Assembly: GCA_965224085.1 (NCBI GenBank)
Contig: CBDCYI010000004.1
Coordinates: forward strand, 480,001 to 544,000
Reading direction: 5' to 3'
Length of the DNA: 64,000 nt
Source of the DNA: Candidatus Marinacidobacterales bacterium
GTDB taxonomy: Bacteria > Acidobacteriota > Vicinamibacteria > Marinacidobacterales > SMYC01
Numbering within the stretch: the stretch's first letter is position 1; each line of letters begins with the position of its first letter. The notes under the pieces are model-generated. The model worked only from the letters and a program-made list of their open reading frames with translations. It ran no database searches and had not been told where the DNA came from. The position numbers were made by a program, and so were the translations under genes. Shown piece after piece: positions 20,726 through 31,342 of this stretch.

Positions 20726-22570
20726 ATGAGCCGCATTCGCGTTCTCGTCGTTGCCATATGCGCTCTCGCCGCAATCTGGGCTTCGGTTGGCTCCGGTTGG
20801 GCGCAGAGAACCCAGAAGCCCGTGCTCCACGCCAAGCATTGGATGGCCATCACCGGCAAGCCCCTGGGAGCCACCGCTGGCGCAATGATGTTCCAGAAAG
20901 GTGGAAACGCCGTCGATGCCGCCTGCGCCATGCTCGGGGCCACGGCGACCATGTTCGACGTGCTCAGCTGGGGAGGCGAGACGCAGGCGCTCATCTACCA
21001 TCCCGGACAGAAGAAAGTCATCGGGATTAATGCCCTCGGTGTCGCACCGAGCGGCGCGACCCCGAGCTTTTTCAAGGACAGGGGCATGGAATATCCACCC
21101 CAGTACGGCCCTTTGGCAGCGGTCACGCCCGGGACACCGGGCGGCCTCCTCGTCATGCTGGCTGAGTACGGAACGCTCAGCCTGGAGGACGTCCTCGAGC
21201 CCGCGATTCAGATGGCCGAGGGCTATCCCATCGAGAAGGACACCGCAGACAGAATCGAGCGGGACAAGGAGCACATCAAAAAGTGGCCGTACTCGCGGCA
21301 AGTCCTGTTGCCTCACCTTGGTGAAGAGCGCGAGGCACCCCAGCCGGGGGAGATCTTCCGCCAACCGGAGCTCGCCGAGACCCTGCGAAAGCTCGTGACC
21401 GCGGAGCAGGAAGCTCTTGCCGGCGGCGCCAGCCGGAAAGAAGCGATCTACGCCGCCTACGATCGTTTCTACAAAGGAGATATCGCGCAGGAGTTCGTGC
21501 GCGGCTCGCAGGAGCAGGGTGGCCTCCACACACTGGACGATCTCGCCAACTGGCAGGTGCACATCGAAGAACCGGTCAGGACCACCTACAAGGGTGTCGA
21601 AGTCTACAAGCTCACGCACTGGGTGCAAGGTCCGGTGCTGCTTCAGACGCTGAACATTCTCGAGAACATCGATGTGAAGTCAATGGGCTACAACACCGCC
21701 CGATACATCCATACGCTCTACCAGGCGATGAACCTGGCCTACGCAGATCGGGACTTCTACTACGGGGACCCTTACTTTCCTCCCGAGGAGCCCTTAGCCG
21801 GTTTGCTATCGAAGGATTACGCGAGGGAGCGGGCGAAGCTCATCGACTGGGACAAGAACGATCCCGACGTCGGGCCGGGCGACCCCTATCCGTACCAGGA
21901 CGGCAACAATCCTTATCTCGACTACATCGAGAAATGGAACGAGCGCGAGACGACCGAAAACGACCAGCAGTTCGAAGCGGGTTTCTACGCTGGAACCACC
22001 TCGATCCAGGCGGCGGACGAAGAAGGATGGGTCGTTTCGATCACGCCCAGTGGCGGGTGGATTCCCGCCTGCCTTGCCGGACGCATTGGCATCGGCATGA
22101 GCCAGCGGATGCAAAGCTTCGTACTGGACGCGTCGAGCAACCCGTTCAACGTGCTCGAGCCGGGAAAGCGGCCGCGTGCGACGCTCACTCCCAGTCTCGC
22201 TCTCAAGGATGGAAAGCCGTTTCTCTCGTTCGCGGTTCAAGGTGGGGATGCCCAGGATCAGAACCTCCTTCAGTTCTTCCTGAACGTCGTGGAGTTCGAA
22301 ATGAACGTTCAGCAGGCGGCGGAAGCAGACAACATCAACAGCAACCAGATGAGAAGCTCGTTCGGGGCCCACGAATCGCGACCCGGCCGGCTGTTGCTGA
22401 ACACCGCTGTGTCGCCCTGGGTGCGAGCGAAGCTCCAGGACATGGGCTACGAGCTCACGTTCCGTGACCGGACTTCCGGGCCGATCAACGCCATCTTCTT
22501 CGACTGGAATCACGGCTCGATGTGGGGTGGATCGAGCCATCACGGCGACGACTACGGGATCGCGTGGTAA
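20726..22570 (+). CDS. ggt: Gamma-glutamyltransferase family protein
   Basis: RBS GGAGG, signal peptide, GGNAVDAA, catalytic GTTSIQAAD, PGKRPRATLTP, VQGGD. Confidence 0.9.
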   Translation: MSRIRVLVVAICALAAIWASVGSGWAQRTQKPVLHAKHWMAITGKPLGATAGAMMFQKGGNAVDAACAMLGATATMFDVLSWGGETQALIYHPGQKKVIGINALGVAPSGATPSFFKDRGMEYPPQYGPLAAVTPGTPGGLLVMLAEYGTLSLEDVLEPAIQMAEGYPIEKDTADRIERDKEHIKKWPYSRQVLLPHLGEEREAPQPGEIFRQPELAETLRKLVTAEQEALAGGASRKEAIYAAYDRFYKGDIAQEFVRGSQEQGGLHTLDDLANWQVHIEEPVRTTYKGVEVYKLTHWVQGPVLLQTLNILENIDVKSMGYNTARYIHTLYQAMNLAYADRDFYYGDPYFPPEEPLAGLLSKDYARERAKLIDWDKNDPDVGPGDPYPYQDGNNPYLDYIEKWNERETTENDQQFEAGFYAGTTSIQAADEEGWVVSITPSGGWIPACLAGRIGIGMSQRMQSFVLDASSNPFNVLEPGKRPRATLTPSLALKDGKPFLSFAVQGGDAQDQNLLQFFLNVVEFEMNVQQAAEADNINSNQMRSSFGAHESRPGRLLLNTAVSPWVRAKLQDMGYELTFRDRTSGPINAIFFDWNHGSMWGGSSHHGDDYGIAW

Positions 22571-22582
22571 GGAGGTGGCCAC

Positions 22583-25087
22583 ATGAGTGCCGGCGCACTG
22601 CGATGCTCGATCTTGCTGTCCTCGATGATCGTACTGGCTTCCGAGGCCTTTCCGCACAGCCAAGCGGTCTACCCCGGTGCCATCGGCTACATGGAAATGA
22701 TCTTCCTGCCACCAGTCACGACCGGGCCGTGGTCGCCCGCCTGGTCGCCCGACGGCCGCCAGATCGCGTTCTCGATGCAGGGGAGCCTGTGGACGGTCCC
22801 GGCGGAAGGCGGCGAAGCAAAGCAGCTCACAGCCGGTTCCCACTACGACTCCGAGCCTTCGTGGTCTCCCGACGGTCGACGGATCGTTTTCACGCGGGAC
22901 GACGACGCTTCGATTCATCTCTGGCTGGTCGACTCCGACGGGACCAACCCCCGTCAGCTCACCCGCGCCGGTGACATCAACGTCAATCCGGCCTGGTCTC
23001 CGGCAGGTGAGCGCATCGTCTACACCTCCCTGTCCGTGGGACAGAGTCTGAACCTGTGGTCGATCGCACCGTCCGGAGAAGAGCCCACGGCCCTGGTGCA
23101 GGACGAGCACCAGAACCTCGAGCCGAGCTGGTCTCCGGATGGAAGCAAGATTGCCTTTCTCAGCAGTCGAGAGGCACGTTACGGGACGGGCGACATCTGG
23201 ATCCTGAGCGTGGCCGATCGGACGCCGAAGCTGCTGTTGAAAGAGGAATCCCTCTACCACGCTCGACCGCAATGGTCCCCGGACGGGAACACACTCGCTT
23301 TCGTGTCCCATCGCACCGGGCGCAACCAGATCTGGTTGCTTCACGCGGAGTCCGGCATTCCGATGCAGCTGACGCGGCAGACGGCGGAGGTCTTTACGCC
23401 TCGGTGGTCCCCCGATGGTCGCCAGCTCGCCTTCGTTTCCAACGCCGATCACCACTTTTCCTTGTGGACGATGCCCGCGCGGGGGGGTCCGGCTTCGGAG
23501 GTAAACATCACGTCTTTCGCGCATAAAAATCCAGTCGGCACCCTTGGGATCGTTGTTCGCGATCGCGCGACCGGAGAGACGACATCGGCCAGAGCCTACG
23601 TCAAAGCTTCCGACGGCAGGAGCTACGCGCCGCTCGGAGCGTTTCACAAGGTCAACAACGCCGGGGACGACCGCCTGCCCGGCAACATCGCGCACTATTT
23701 CCATACAATGGGCGAGTTCACCATCGACCTCCCTCCGGGACGTGCTTCCATCGAGCTGACAAAAGGCTTCGAGTACCGACTCTTCTCGGCGGAAGTCGAG
23801 ATCGTCGCAGGCGAGACCAGGACGCTGGAGCTCGAGCTCGAGCATCTCATGGACATGGCCGCGAGAGGCTGGTACTCGGGAGACAACCACCTCCACATGA
23901 ACTATGGCGGGATTTTCGGCCAGACCCCCGAATCCTTGATGCGGGAGGCGGCCGCGGAAGACGTGCGCGTGGTCAACGATCTGATCGCGAACCATCACAA
24001 CCGCATCATCGATCTCGAGTACTTCCAAGGCCGGCTGCACGAGCTGTCCGACGAAAACCGCGTTCTGTACTTCAACCAGGAGTTTCGCCCCAGTTTTCCC
24101 GGGCACCTTTCGCTCCTGAATCTGAAGCAGTACTTCTTTCCCTCGTACACGACCTACGTCGGCACGTCCAACCAGGCGTACTATCCGGCCAACACGCAGG
24201 TTCTCGAGGCGGTGCATGCCCAGGGCGCGGTGGGAGGCTACGTACACCCCTTCTACGGACCAGACCGGGGGCTTCCCCGGCGCTCGAAGGAGTTTCCGGT
24301 CAGCGTGGCACACGGCGTTCTCGATTACTACGACGTCATGTGCATCTGGACCGATGAGCGCGCCTCGGCCAGCGAGTGGTATCGGGCGCTGAACCTGGGT
24401 TTCCGAATCCCCGCCTCGGCGGGCACCGATGCCTTTCCCAACTTCTTCCGGAGCCCGGCGGTGGGAACGGTACGGGTGTACGTTCGAAGCGGGACGCCCC
24501 TGAATTACGGCGACTGGATCCGCGCCCTCATCGAGGGCCGAACGTTCGTGACGAACGGTCCGCTCTTGACCTTCAGCGTCGAAAATCAGGAGCCGGGAGG
24601 CGAGCTGCGGCTGCCGGGAGGTGACCCGAGCATGGTCCGGGTGCGGGCCGAAGCGCGCTCCATCTTCCCGATGGAAACGCTGGACATTCTTCGCAACGGG
24701 GAGGTCGTCCAGTCGATCACTCCCGACGATCCCTACTTCGTGGAGCTCGACGAGCCGATCGCCGTCGAGGAAAGCGGCTGGCTGGCGGCTCGTGTGAGTG
24801 GGCCGGAGCGGCAACACCTGATGATGGACGGATACGTCTATGCACACACCAGCCCGGTGTACGTCACCAAGGGAGGACGACCGACACGGTCGCCCGAGGA
24901 CGCCCGTTACTTCGTCAAGTGGATCGACGAGATTCTGCCAGCCCTCGAAGAGGCCACTTGTCGCCAGGAACTGGGCTCATCGACGCGGATCATCAACGCG
25001 TGCTTCGACAGCCCAGAGCAGAAACAGGAGGTGCTCGGGATCTGGCGAGAGGCCCGCCGCGTGTATGAGGGCCTGACCAAGGAGTGA
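22583..25087 (+). CDS. TolB-like PD40 repeats fused to a CehA/McbA-family metallohydrolase
   Basis: Repeated PxWSPDG motifs, then GWYSGDNHLH, GYVHP, ASAGTD, GRTFVTNGP, YAHTSPVYV. Confidence 0.85.
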   Translation: MSAGALRCSILLSSMIVLASEAFPHSQAVYPGAIGYMEMIFLPPVTTGPWSPAWSPDGRQIAFSMQGSLWTVPAEGGEAKQLTAGSHYDSEPSWSPDGRRIVFTRDDDASIHLWLVDSDGTNPRQLTRAGDINVNPAWSPAGERIVYTSLSVGQSLNLWSIAPSGEEPTALVQDEHQNLEPSWSPDGSKIAFLSSREARYGTGDIWILSVADRTPKLLLKEESLYHARPQWSPDGNTLAFVSHRTGRNQIWLLHAESGIPMQLTRQTAEVFTPRWSPDGRQLAFVSNADHHFSLWTMPARGGPASEVNITSFAHKNPVGTLGIVVRDRATGETTSARAYVKASDGRSYAPLGAFHKVNNAGDDRLPGNIAHYFHTMGEFTIDLPPGRASIELTKGFEYRLFSAEVEIVAGETRTLELELEHLMDMAARGWYSGDNHLHMNYGGIFGQTPESLMREAAAEDVRVVNDLIANHHNRIIDLEYFQGRLHELSDENRVLYFNQEFRPSFPGHLSLLNLKQYFFPSYTTYVGTSNQAYYPANTQVLEAVHAQGAVGGYVHPFYGPDRGLPRRSKEFPVSVAHGVLDYYDVMCIWTDERASASEWYRALNLGFRIPASAGTDAFPNFFRSPAVGTVRVYVRSGTPLNYGDWIRALIEGRTFVTNGPLLTFSVENQEPGGELRLPGGDPSMVRVRAEARSIFPMETLDILRNGEVVQSITPDDPYFVELDEPIAVEESGWLAARVSGPERQHLMMDGYVYAHTSPVYVTKGGRPTRSPEDARYFVKWIDEILPALEEATCRQELGSSTRIINACFDSPEQKQEVLGIWREARRVYEGLTKE

Positions 25088-25268
25088 GCCCCGATCCCAA
25101 ACGTGCGTAGGGAACGAGACGGCCGTGGCAGCAGAGAGCGATTTCCAGGCGGGCGTCCGCTACGCGCGAGATCGCTTCGCGCGTCGGGCATCCGGCCCGG
25201 CGGTTCCCAGGAGCCCGTCTCCCCCGCCCTATCGTCGGGTTCCTGTGATGTCGGTCTGGATCTTGAAC

Positions 25269-26475
25269 GGTGCTTCCGCAATCAAGTGTTGGTGGCCAGG
25301 CGATAACCCATCTGCGTGCTAGAGTTTGAGCCCGATTTCGAGAGACGCAGTTGTTTCGTCGACAAGGGCCAAGCCGAATTGAAGAATCATAGATGTCTCA
25401 ATCCCGCATGTAAGTTCCACGGAACAGTCGGTTCCGGGAACATCGTCCGCCACTGCTTCTACAGAACGAGAGCCGGGAAACGGCGTCGATACCGCTGCGT
25501 CAGGTGCGGAAAGACGTTCTCTTCAACCAAGGGCACGCCCTACTACCGGCTCCAGCATCGAAGAGCTGCTTTCGACACGGTCGTCGCTCTCAGAGTCGAG
25601 GGTGTCAGCATTTCCGCGATTGCTCGGGTCGAGAGAATTGCCTGGAACACTGTCGTGCGCTGGCTCGAGAAGGCGGCGGACGTTTGCCGTGACTTCAACC
25701 AGAGACGGACTGCCGGATTCGGCGTCGTGGAGCTCCAGGCCGACGAAATTCGCTCCTTCGCCGGCAGCAAGACGCGGCTGACGTGGATATTCGTCGCGAT
25801 CGAAGTCTGGTCTCGTCTCTGGCCATCGACGGTCGTCGGGCGACGAAGCTATCGAAACACACTCGCCCTCGTGCGCGACGTCGCTGACCGGATGGATTTC
25901 GAGGGTCTTCCACTGATCGTTACCGACGGTTTCGATTTCTACGAGAAGGTCGTCCGTCACGTTTTTGGACCGGCGGCGCTCTACGCTCAGGTCCTGAAGA
26001 CACGACGGAACGATCGCATCGTGAAGGTCGAACGAAGAGCGCTGATGGGAGCTGCGTGGCGATTCGAAGAAGCGCTCAAAAACTCGGAAGACTCGTCGAC
26101 ATTGAACACGTCGTTCATCGAGCGGTTGAATCTGACCATCCGGCAAAGCTTGGCGTACCTGGCGCGACGAACGCTTTCCCACGCTCGGTCGAAGGAAAAG
26201 CTCGAAGAGCACCTGGAATTGGTCCGCTGTTACTACAACTTCGCCAGGCCCCACGGCGCGCTGAAGTTCGGACACGAGATCCGGACTCCGGCGATGCAGG
26301 CTGGGCTCGTCAAAGCGGCGCCTGACGCTCAGGGAGATCTTCGTGTGCGCGCCGACATCCGTATCAATATTAATAGAGTACGACGTGATCGCGTTCGGTG
26401 GCGCTCGTACGCAGGCAACTGACAGGAGCATCAAATGCCTTTAGCGGCGTAGCAACAATCGATGGCGGAAGCACC
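25269..26475 (+). mobile_element. IS1-family-like element (single-ORF transposase 25316-26422)
   Basis: Imperfect TIRs GGTGCTTCCGCAATCAAGTGTTG / CAACAATCGATGGCGGAAGCACC; Zn finger, HTH, QADE, TDG, IERLNLTIR; no TSD. Confidence 0.8.
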
Positions 26476-26585
26476 AGACGATCCCCGTATCACCCACGAG
26501 CCCGATATCCCTGTGGCACTCTCATCAGTGGACTTCTTTGACGGCCACGACCCGATCCTCCGGGCCGCGATCGTCTACGAGCCCG
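26476..26585 (+). pseudogene. Short C-terminal fragment resembling an S41-like peptidase tail
   Basis: DDPRITHEPDIPVALSSVDFFDGHDPILRAAI. Confidence 0.4.
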
Positions 26586-26734
26586 TCTCGTCAAGAAGCA
26601 GTATGCTAGAGGCATCAAAATCCCAGACGCAGCAATGAATGAACTCAAACATCACGCAACCCACTTCGCTGCCAAAGTGGAACTACACGTTCCGTCCATC
26701 TAAGAATGGGAAATAATTCTTGCCCGGGGCCCTT
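26586..26734 (+). mobile_element. ISAzo13-family transposase 3' remnant and element end
   Basis: KQYARGIKIPDAAMNEL...LPKWNYTFRP followed by an AT-rich terminal segment. Confidence 0.65.
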
Positions 26735-26749
26735 AGGCTTAGCGCCCGG

Positions 26750-28537
26750 CTAGGTTGATGCGGCCAGAGGCAACGTCAGTCGCACGACGAAGCCGCCGTC
26801 AGCCCCGTTCTCGCCGCGTACCGAGCCGCCCATCGACTCGATGAGACCGCGAACGAGGGCGAGGCCGATCCCTGTGCCCTGTGAGCCGCGGGTGAGCTCC
26901 GCTTCCACCCGGTAGAAAGGCTCGAAGACGTGCTTTAGGTGCGCCTCGCTCACTCCTGGACCTCGATCGCTGACGCTGATCTCGACGACGTTGTCTTTCT
27001 GGCGAGCGCAGAGGAGGATCTCTCGCGTCTGGGCTGATCGGGAGTACTTGACTGCGTTGTCGATCAAGTTGAAGAGCACTTGCAACAGCGCGTCTCGGTC
27101 ATAGATCGCGTCGGGCAAATCGGCGGCGACGTCGAGACCGATCGCGAAGCCCTCACCGGCGGCGTGGGGCGTCACGACCTCCCGGGCCTCCTCGAGGACC
27201 GGGAGCAGTGGGCCTGCCACCGGGCTCGCGGACCGATCGCGTCGCTCGAGCTTCGAGAGTTCGAGAACGTTGTTCACGAGCCGGGTCAATCGCTCCGACT
27301 CGTTGGTGATGACCTCATAATATTGATGGCGCTTCTCCTCATTGGAGACGAGCCCGTCGCGGAGCATCTCCGCGTACATCCGGATCGCCGTCAGCGGAGT
27401 TTTGAGCTCGTGGGAGACGGCGGAGACGAAGTTCTGACGCCGCTCGGCATAAGCGAGCCGTACCGTGACCATACGATAGATCCCAACGAGGCCCGCTGTA
27501 CCCATGAGAAGCGTGAGCGCGGAGAGAAGGTAGACGAAGCTCACGCCTTCCGCCTCCGGCAGTGGGGCCAGTGTGATCAAGCTCGCGAAGCTACCGAAAG
27601 GCTCGGCGAACTGATGCCGGTAGCGAAAGCCGCCATAGTGGTTATCGTAAGAAGTCTCTTCGCTGGGTGCGAGTATGACCTCCACACGGGTGGCGAGCTC
27701 GCTCCCCGCGAGCACCTGCGTCGCCAACCATTGGACGAGCCGGTTGGCATCGACGACGAAACCTTGCCGATAAGTCACCGCGTCGATGACCGCCGACCGG
27801 TAGACAACGAGGCGGCTCTCGTCCAACCGTTGCCCGACGAGCGACTCCAAGACTACGTCAAGAGCCTCCCAAACTACCTCGCTCGCCTCATCCACCTCGA
27901 TCTCTTGACGGTAGACCTCCTGCTCCTCCCCCTCTGAGTAGGGCATAACATTGCGGGCCACGCTCTGGGAAAGTTTCGAAGCGCGATCGATCCGTGAGGA
28001 AGCGCCTCGATTGAGCTCGCTCAAGTAGCTGTCGGAGGCAGCGTTCTCTTTGGAGAACTCATCTTGCTGCCTTGTCTTCGAGAGGGCCCGTGTGGTGCCG
28101 GGAACCTGCTGCTGCTGTTTTTCCGCAACCGGCTGCGAGCCTCCCCTTAATCCGCTCGCGAGGAGAGGTTGCACGAGGGCGAGGGTAACTTGGGCGCCGT
28201 CGTCGAGCCGCGGGCTCGTGAGGGTGCCGTCCGGGCTCTCGAGGAAGTAATCGAGGATGAAAGGCTCAAAAGAAGGGTCAGCCAGCGGCGATCGGATCGA
28301 CGAGCCGCTCGACTCGGAGACGTAATAAGAGCGGTAGTGCTCGAAGGGGCGGTCCTCTTCGCGTCGAACGAGAGCGGTGAGCTCGCGCTCCATCTCGTCG
28401 AAGATACGCTCCGCCACGATCTGGTGCCGCAGCTCGCGCTCGCTGGCAAAGCTCACGAGGGCTCGGCTTACAAGAAGACCGAGAGGCAGGAGCAGCAGTA
28501 AAGCAAGTGCTAGAAAAGTGACTCGAAGCCGCGTCAT
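26750..28537 (-). CDS. Sensor histidine kinase
   Basis: Two TM segments, VSHELKTPLTAI H-box, NLIDNAVKY, DRGPG, GTGIGL. Confidence 0.92.
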   Translation of the reverse strand: MTRLRVTFLALALLLLLPLGLLVSRALVSFASERELRHQIVAERIFDEMERELTALVRREEDRPFEHYRSYYVSESSGSSIRSPLADPSFEPFILDYFLESPDGTLTSPRLDDGAQVTLALVQPLLASGLRGGSQPVAEKQQQQVPGTTRALSKTRQQDEFSKENAASDSYLSELNRGASSRIDRASKLSQSVARNVMPYSEGEEQEVYRQEIEVDEASEVVWEALDVVLESLVGQRLDESRLVVYRSAVIDAVTYRQGFVVDANRLVQWLATQVLAGSELATRVEVILAPSEETSYDNHYGGFRYRHQFAEPFGSFASLITLAPLPEAEGVSFVYLLSALTLLMGTAGLVGIYRMVTVRLAYAERRQNFVSAVSHELKTPLTAIRMYAEMLRDGLVSNEEKRHQYYEVITNESERLTRLVNNVLELSKLERRDRSASPVAGPLLPVLEEAREVVTPHAAGEGFAIGLDVAADLPDAIYDRDALLQVLFNLIDNAVKYSRSAQTREILLCARQKDNVVEISVSDRGPGVSEAHLKHVFEPFYRVEAELTRGSQGTGIGLALVRGLIESMGGSVRGENGADGGFVVRLTLPLAAST

Positions 28538-28540
28538 GGC

Positions 28541-28979
28541 TCAACCTCGATAGCGATAGCCGGTCCACGGTCCACTCGCCGAACCGGAACGATTTCTCGC
28601 TTCGGGCGCTCGTCCGCCGCAGGAGCGCTTCCACCCTAGCGGTGAGCTCTCGGATCGAGAAAGGCTTGGTCACGTAATCATCGGCGCCGCAGGAGAGGCC
28701 CTCGACGATGTCGTCTTCCGAGCCCTTCGCCGTAAGCATGAGGACCGCGACGCTGGCACCCGATTCGCGTACCTGCCGGCAAACGTCGAAGCCATTGAGC
28801 CCTGGAAGCATGACGTCCAGGAGCACCAGCTCGAAGCGACCGCGAAGGATCGACTCGAGCCCCGCCTCGCCGCTCGCAACAACCTCGACGTCGTATCCGT
28901 GGAAGGTGAGCACGTCGCGAAGCGCCTCGCGAATGCTCTTCTCGTCTTCCACGACGAGGACTCTTGCGCTTTTGCTCAT
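28541..28979 (-). pseudogene. OmpR-family response regulator lacking most of its winged-helix domain
   Basis: Intact receiver (LLDVMLPG, TAKG, KPF), then FRFGEWTVD joined out of frame to terminal TGYRYRG*. Confidence 0.8.
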
Positions 28980-29137
28980 GACCCCTTCCATTGTACGGGT
29001 CGAGCCGCCCACCTCGTGTAAATCGATTGTAAAACGTTTGCCCTTTTGCTTTTACGGTTCTTTTGCATTCGATCGGGCCGTAACGCGGTACAACAGATAG
29101 AACCCCGACGAATCGAATCGAAGCAAAAGGAGACGTC

Positions 29138-30321
29138 ATGAAGAACGAAGCACAAGCGAGCAACCGACGCGGTCGGCTCATCCTGACGGCCGGGCTGCTA
29201 CTCGGCACGATCACCATCGGGCTCATCATGAAGCTTCAAGCTGCGGACAAAACGCCTGCGCATGGGTGGAGCCGTGCTGGGAGCGGGCACGTCACGCTGA
29301 GGGCGCGCGCCGATCGCAAGGCGGTGCTTCAGGGAGGTGACGGGAACGTGCGGCTCGAGCTGATCCTAAAAGCGGCGGATGTCGAGGGCCGAAAGGTGTC
29401 GGTGCCGACCGACTTGCTCGTCGTTTTAGATCGCTCCGGCTCGATGCAAGGCGAGAAGCTCGAGCAAGGGCGCGCCGCGATCCGTGAGCTGATCCGGCAG
29501 CTAGCCCATGTTTCCCTTTTAGGTCTCTAAGTCATCATAAACAAAGGACTGAGATCCGCGGTTTGTCTCTACGCTGACAGCACCTCCTCGGAGAAGGCTG
29601 GCGGGTCGCGTTCAACGATTCCGAGTGCAGTCAGGATCGAGTTGGCGCGAGCGGTGCCGCGCGTGACGACGCGCTTGGTCCGCCCAGAACCCAGCTGTAA
29701 GTCGACGAGCCGGACCGAGCGTAGCGCTTGTAGTGCCTCGGTTGCGGACAGGTCGAGTTCGGCGACCTTGAGCTTTTTCTCAAGAGCCCGATGCACAAGG
29801 AAGGCCAGCGTAGCTACGAAAAGATGTGCCTCCACACGCTCATCGGTCTGGTGGTAAACGGGACGCATCTCAATGACATCCTTAAGGCATGAGAAGGCTC
29901 GCTCGACCTCGTTTAGGTCCTTGTAAAGGCGCACGGCGTCGACCGGAGAGAGGTTTTGCTCCTCGGTTTGAATAACGTACTTACCCTCGTAGGCTTGCTC
30001 GCGCTTGAGGTTGACCGGGTGCTCGAAGAAGCGGAAGCGAGCGTTTTTGTACTCCCAGTCGTAGTAACGGTGACCGTGGTGGCGTGCCTACGTCGTGACG
30101 AGGCCAAGGCAGAGATCGATGCCTATCGGCAACAGCAGGAGCGGATGAACGAGAAGCTCGAGAGCACGCTCGTCGAGCAGAATCTCGTAGAGGTCGGAGA
30201 GCTGGAAGCCCAAGTCGACGACTCCTTTCAGGGAGCCGATCAAGCCCTCAAGCAGAACCGCTTCAGCAAGACCACTCAAGCCGATGCTTTGAAGACGCGC
30301 CGCAGCGGCAGCAAGAAGTAG
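29138..30321 (+). pseudogene. VWA-domain membrane protein split by an IS1634 remnant
   Basis: N-terminal TM and MIDAS VLDRSGSM end at ~29500; helical C-terminus (~30086-30321) ends just before pspA. Confidence 0.7.
29501..30085 (-). mobile_element. IS1634-family transposase 3' fragment
   Basis: EGKYVIQT, YKDLNEVERAFSCLK, RPVYHQTDERVEAHLFV. Confidence 0.85.
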
Positions 30322-30330
30322 GAGTAGATA

Positions 30331-30881
30331 ATGGGACTAATGACACGCATAGCCACGTTGTTCAAAGCCGACGCTCACGGAGTGGTCGACTCTATCGAGG
30401 ATCGCTCGCTCCTGCTGAAACAGCACCTTCGCGAGGCCGGCCGAGCTCGTACACCGAGCTCGTACACAAGCGAGCTCGTCTCGAGGCGGTGGTGGCGGAG
30501 GAAAAGCAAAGCCGCGAGGCATCGAAGCAGTTGGCGACCGAGATGAAGCGCCTCGAAGGGGACGTTTCTCTCGCGATCGACGGCGATAAGGAGGAGCTCG
30601 CGCGTTTCGCCGTCAAGAAACTTCTGGGGCTGAAGCGTCGCTCGGAGCAAGTGGAACGTCGCGGGAAGCAGCTCCGAGAGGAGTGCACGGAGGTGGAAAA
30701 GGAGCTCGAGCGGCAGGAGCAAGAGCTCTCCGAGCTGCGCGTCCAAGTCAAAGCGTTTTTCGCGAGGGCCCAAGCCGGTGAAGAGGATTTCCGTTTCATC
30801 GAGCCTGTTGTCGAAGACGAGGAGATCGAGATCGAGCTCCTACGGCGCCGGCAAGGGCGTAGCGAGAAGGAGGCGTCGTGA
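30331..30881 (+). pseudogene. PspA/IM30-family protein, frameshifted
   Basis: MGLMTRIATLFKADAHGVVDSIED...LLKQHLREA and LAIDGDKEELAR lie in different frames; tandem CCGAGCTCGTACA x2 at 30441-30466. Confidence 0.8.
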
Positions 30882-31342
30882 TGCGCGCCCGGAAGTTTAG
30901 CTCGAGTCTCATCTTCGCCGCCATTGCCGGGCTCGTCGCGGTGCCCTATCTGCTCGTGGCTCTGCCAGCGTTTGGGCTCATCCGCACGCTCTCGATCGGA
31001 AGCATCGTGGGCGTTGCCGCCTACATCGTCGCCCTCAGCCCATCTCTCGTGCGCGGCCTGCGCTACGGAGCTTTGACCCTCGCAGTGGGGGTCGGACTCT
31101 TCGCGCTAGCGCCTGGGGTCGTGGTGCTCTTCGGGAGTGCTACCCTACTCGGCATCGTGCGAAGTGGCCTTCTCTATCGCGCGAAGATCGGTCGCGCCCT
31201 CGCCATCGAGGGGATGCTCTTTCTACTGGCGACGAGCGTCGCTCAGCTCTTGGCGGGCTCGGCGGTTCAGAGCTACGGCCTCGCCGTTTGGGGTTTCTTT
31301 CTCGTTCAGAGCGCTTTTTTTCTCTTCGAGGGAGCGCGCTAG
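30878..31342 (+). CDS. Multi-TM hypothetical membrane protein
   Basis: Hydrophobic throughout; start overlaps the pspA stop. Confidence 0.7.
   Translation: MMRARKFSSSLIFAAIAGLVAVPYLLVALPAFGLIRTLSIGSIVGVAAYIVALSPSLVRGLRYGALTLAVGVGLFALAPGVVVLFGSATLLGIVRSGLLYRAKIGRALAIEGMLFLLATSVAQLLAGSAVQSYGLAVWGFFLVQSAFFLFEGAR

Noticed and set aside
21806-24847. 1013-aa minus-strand ORF and similar long antisense ORFs
   Set aside because: Shadow ORFs of GC-rich genes on the opposite strand with no recognisable motifs
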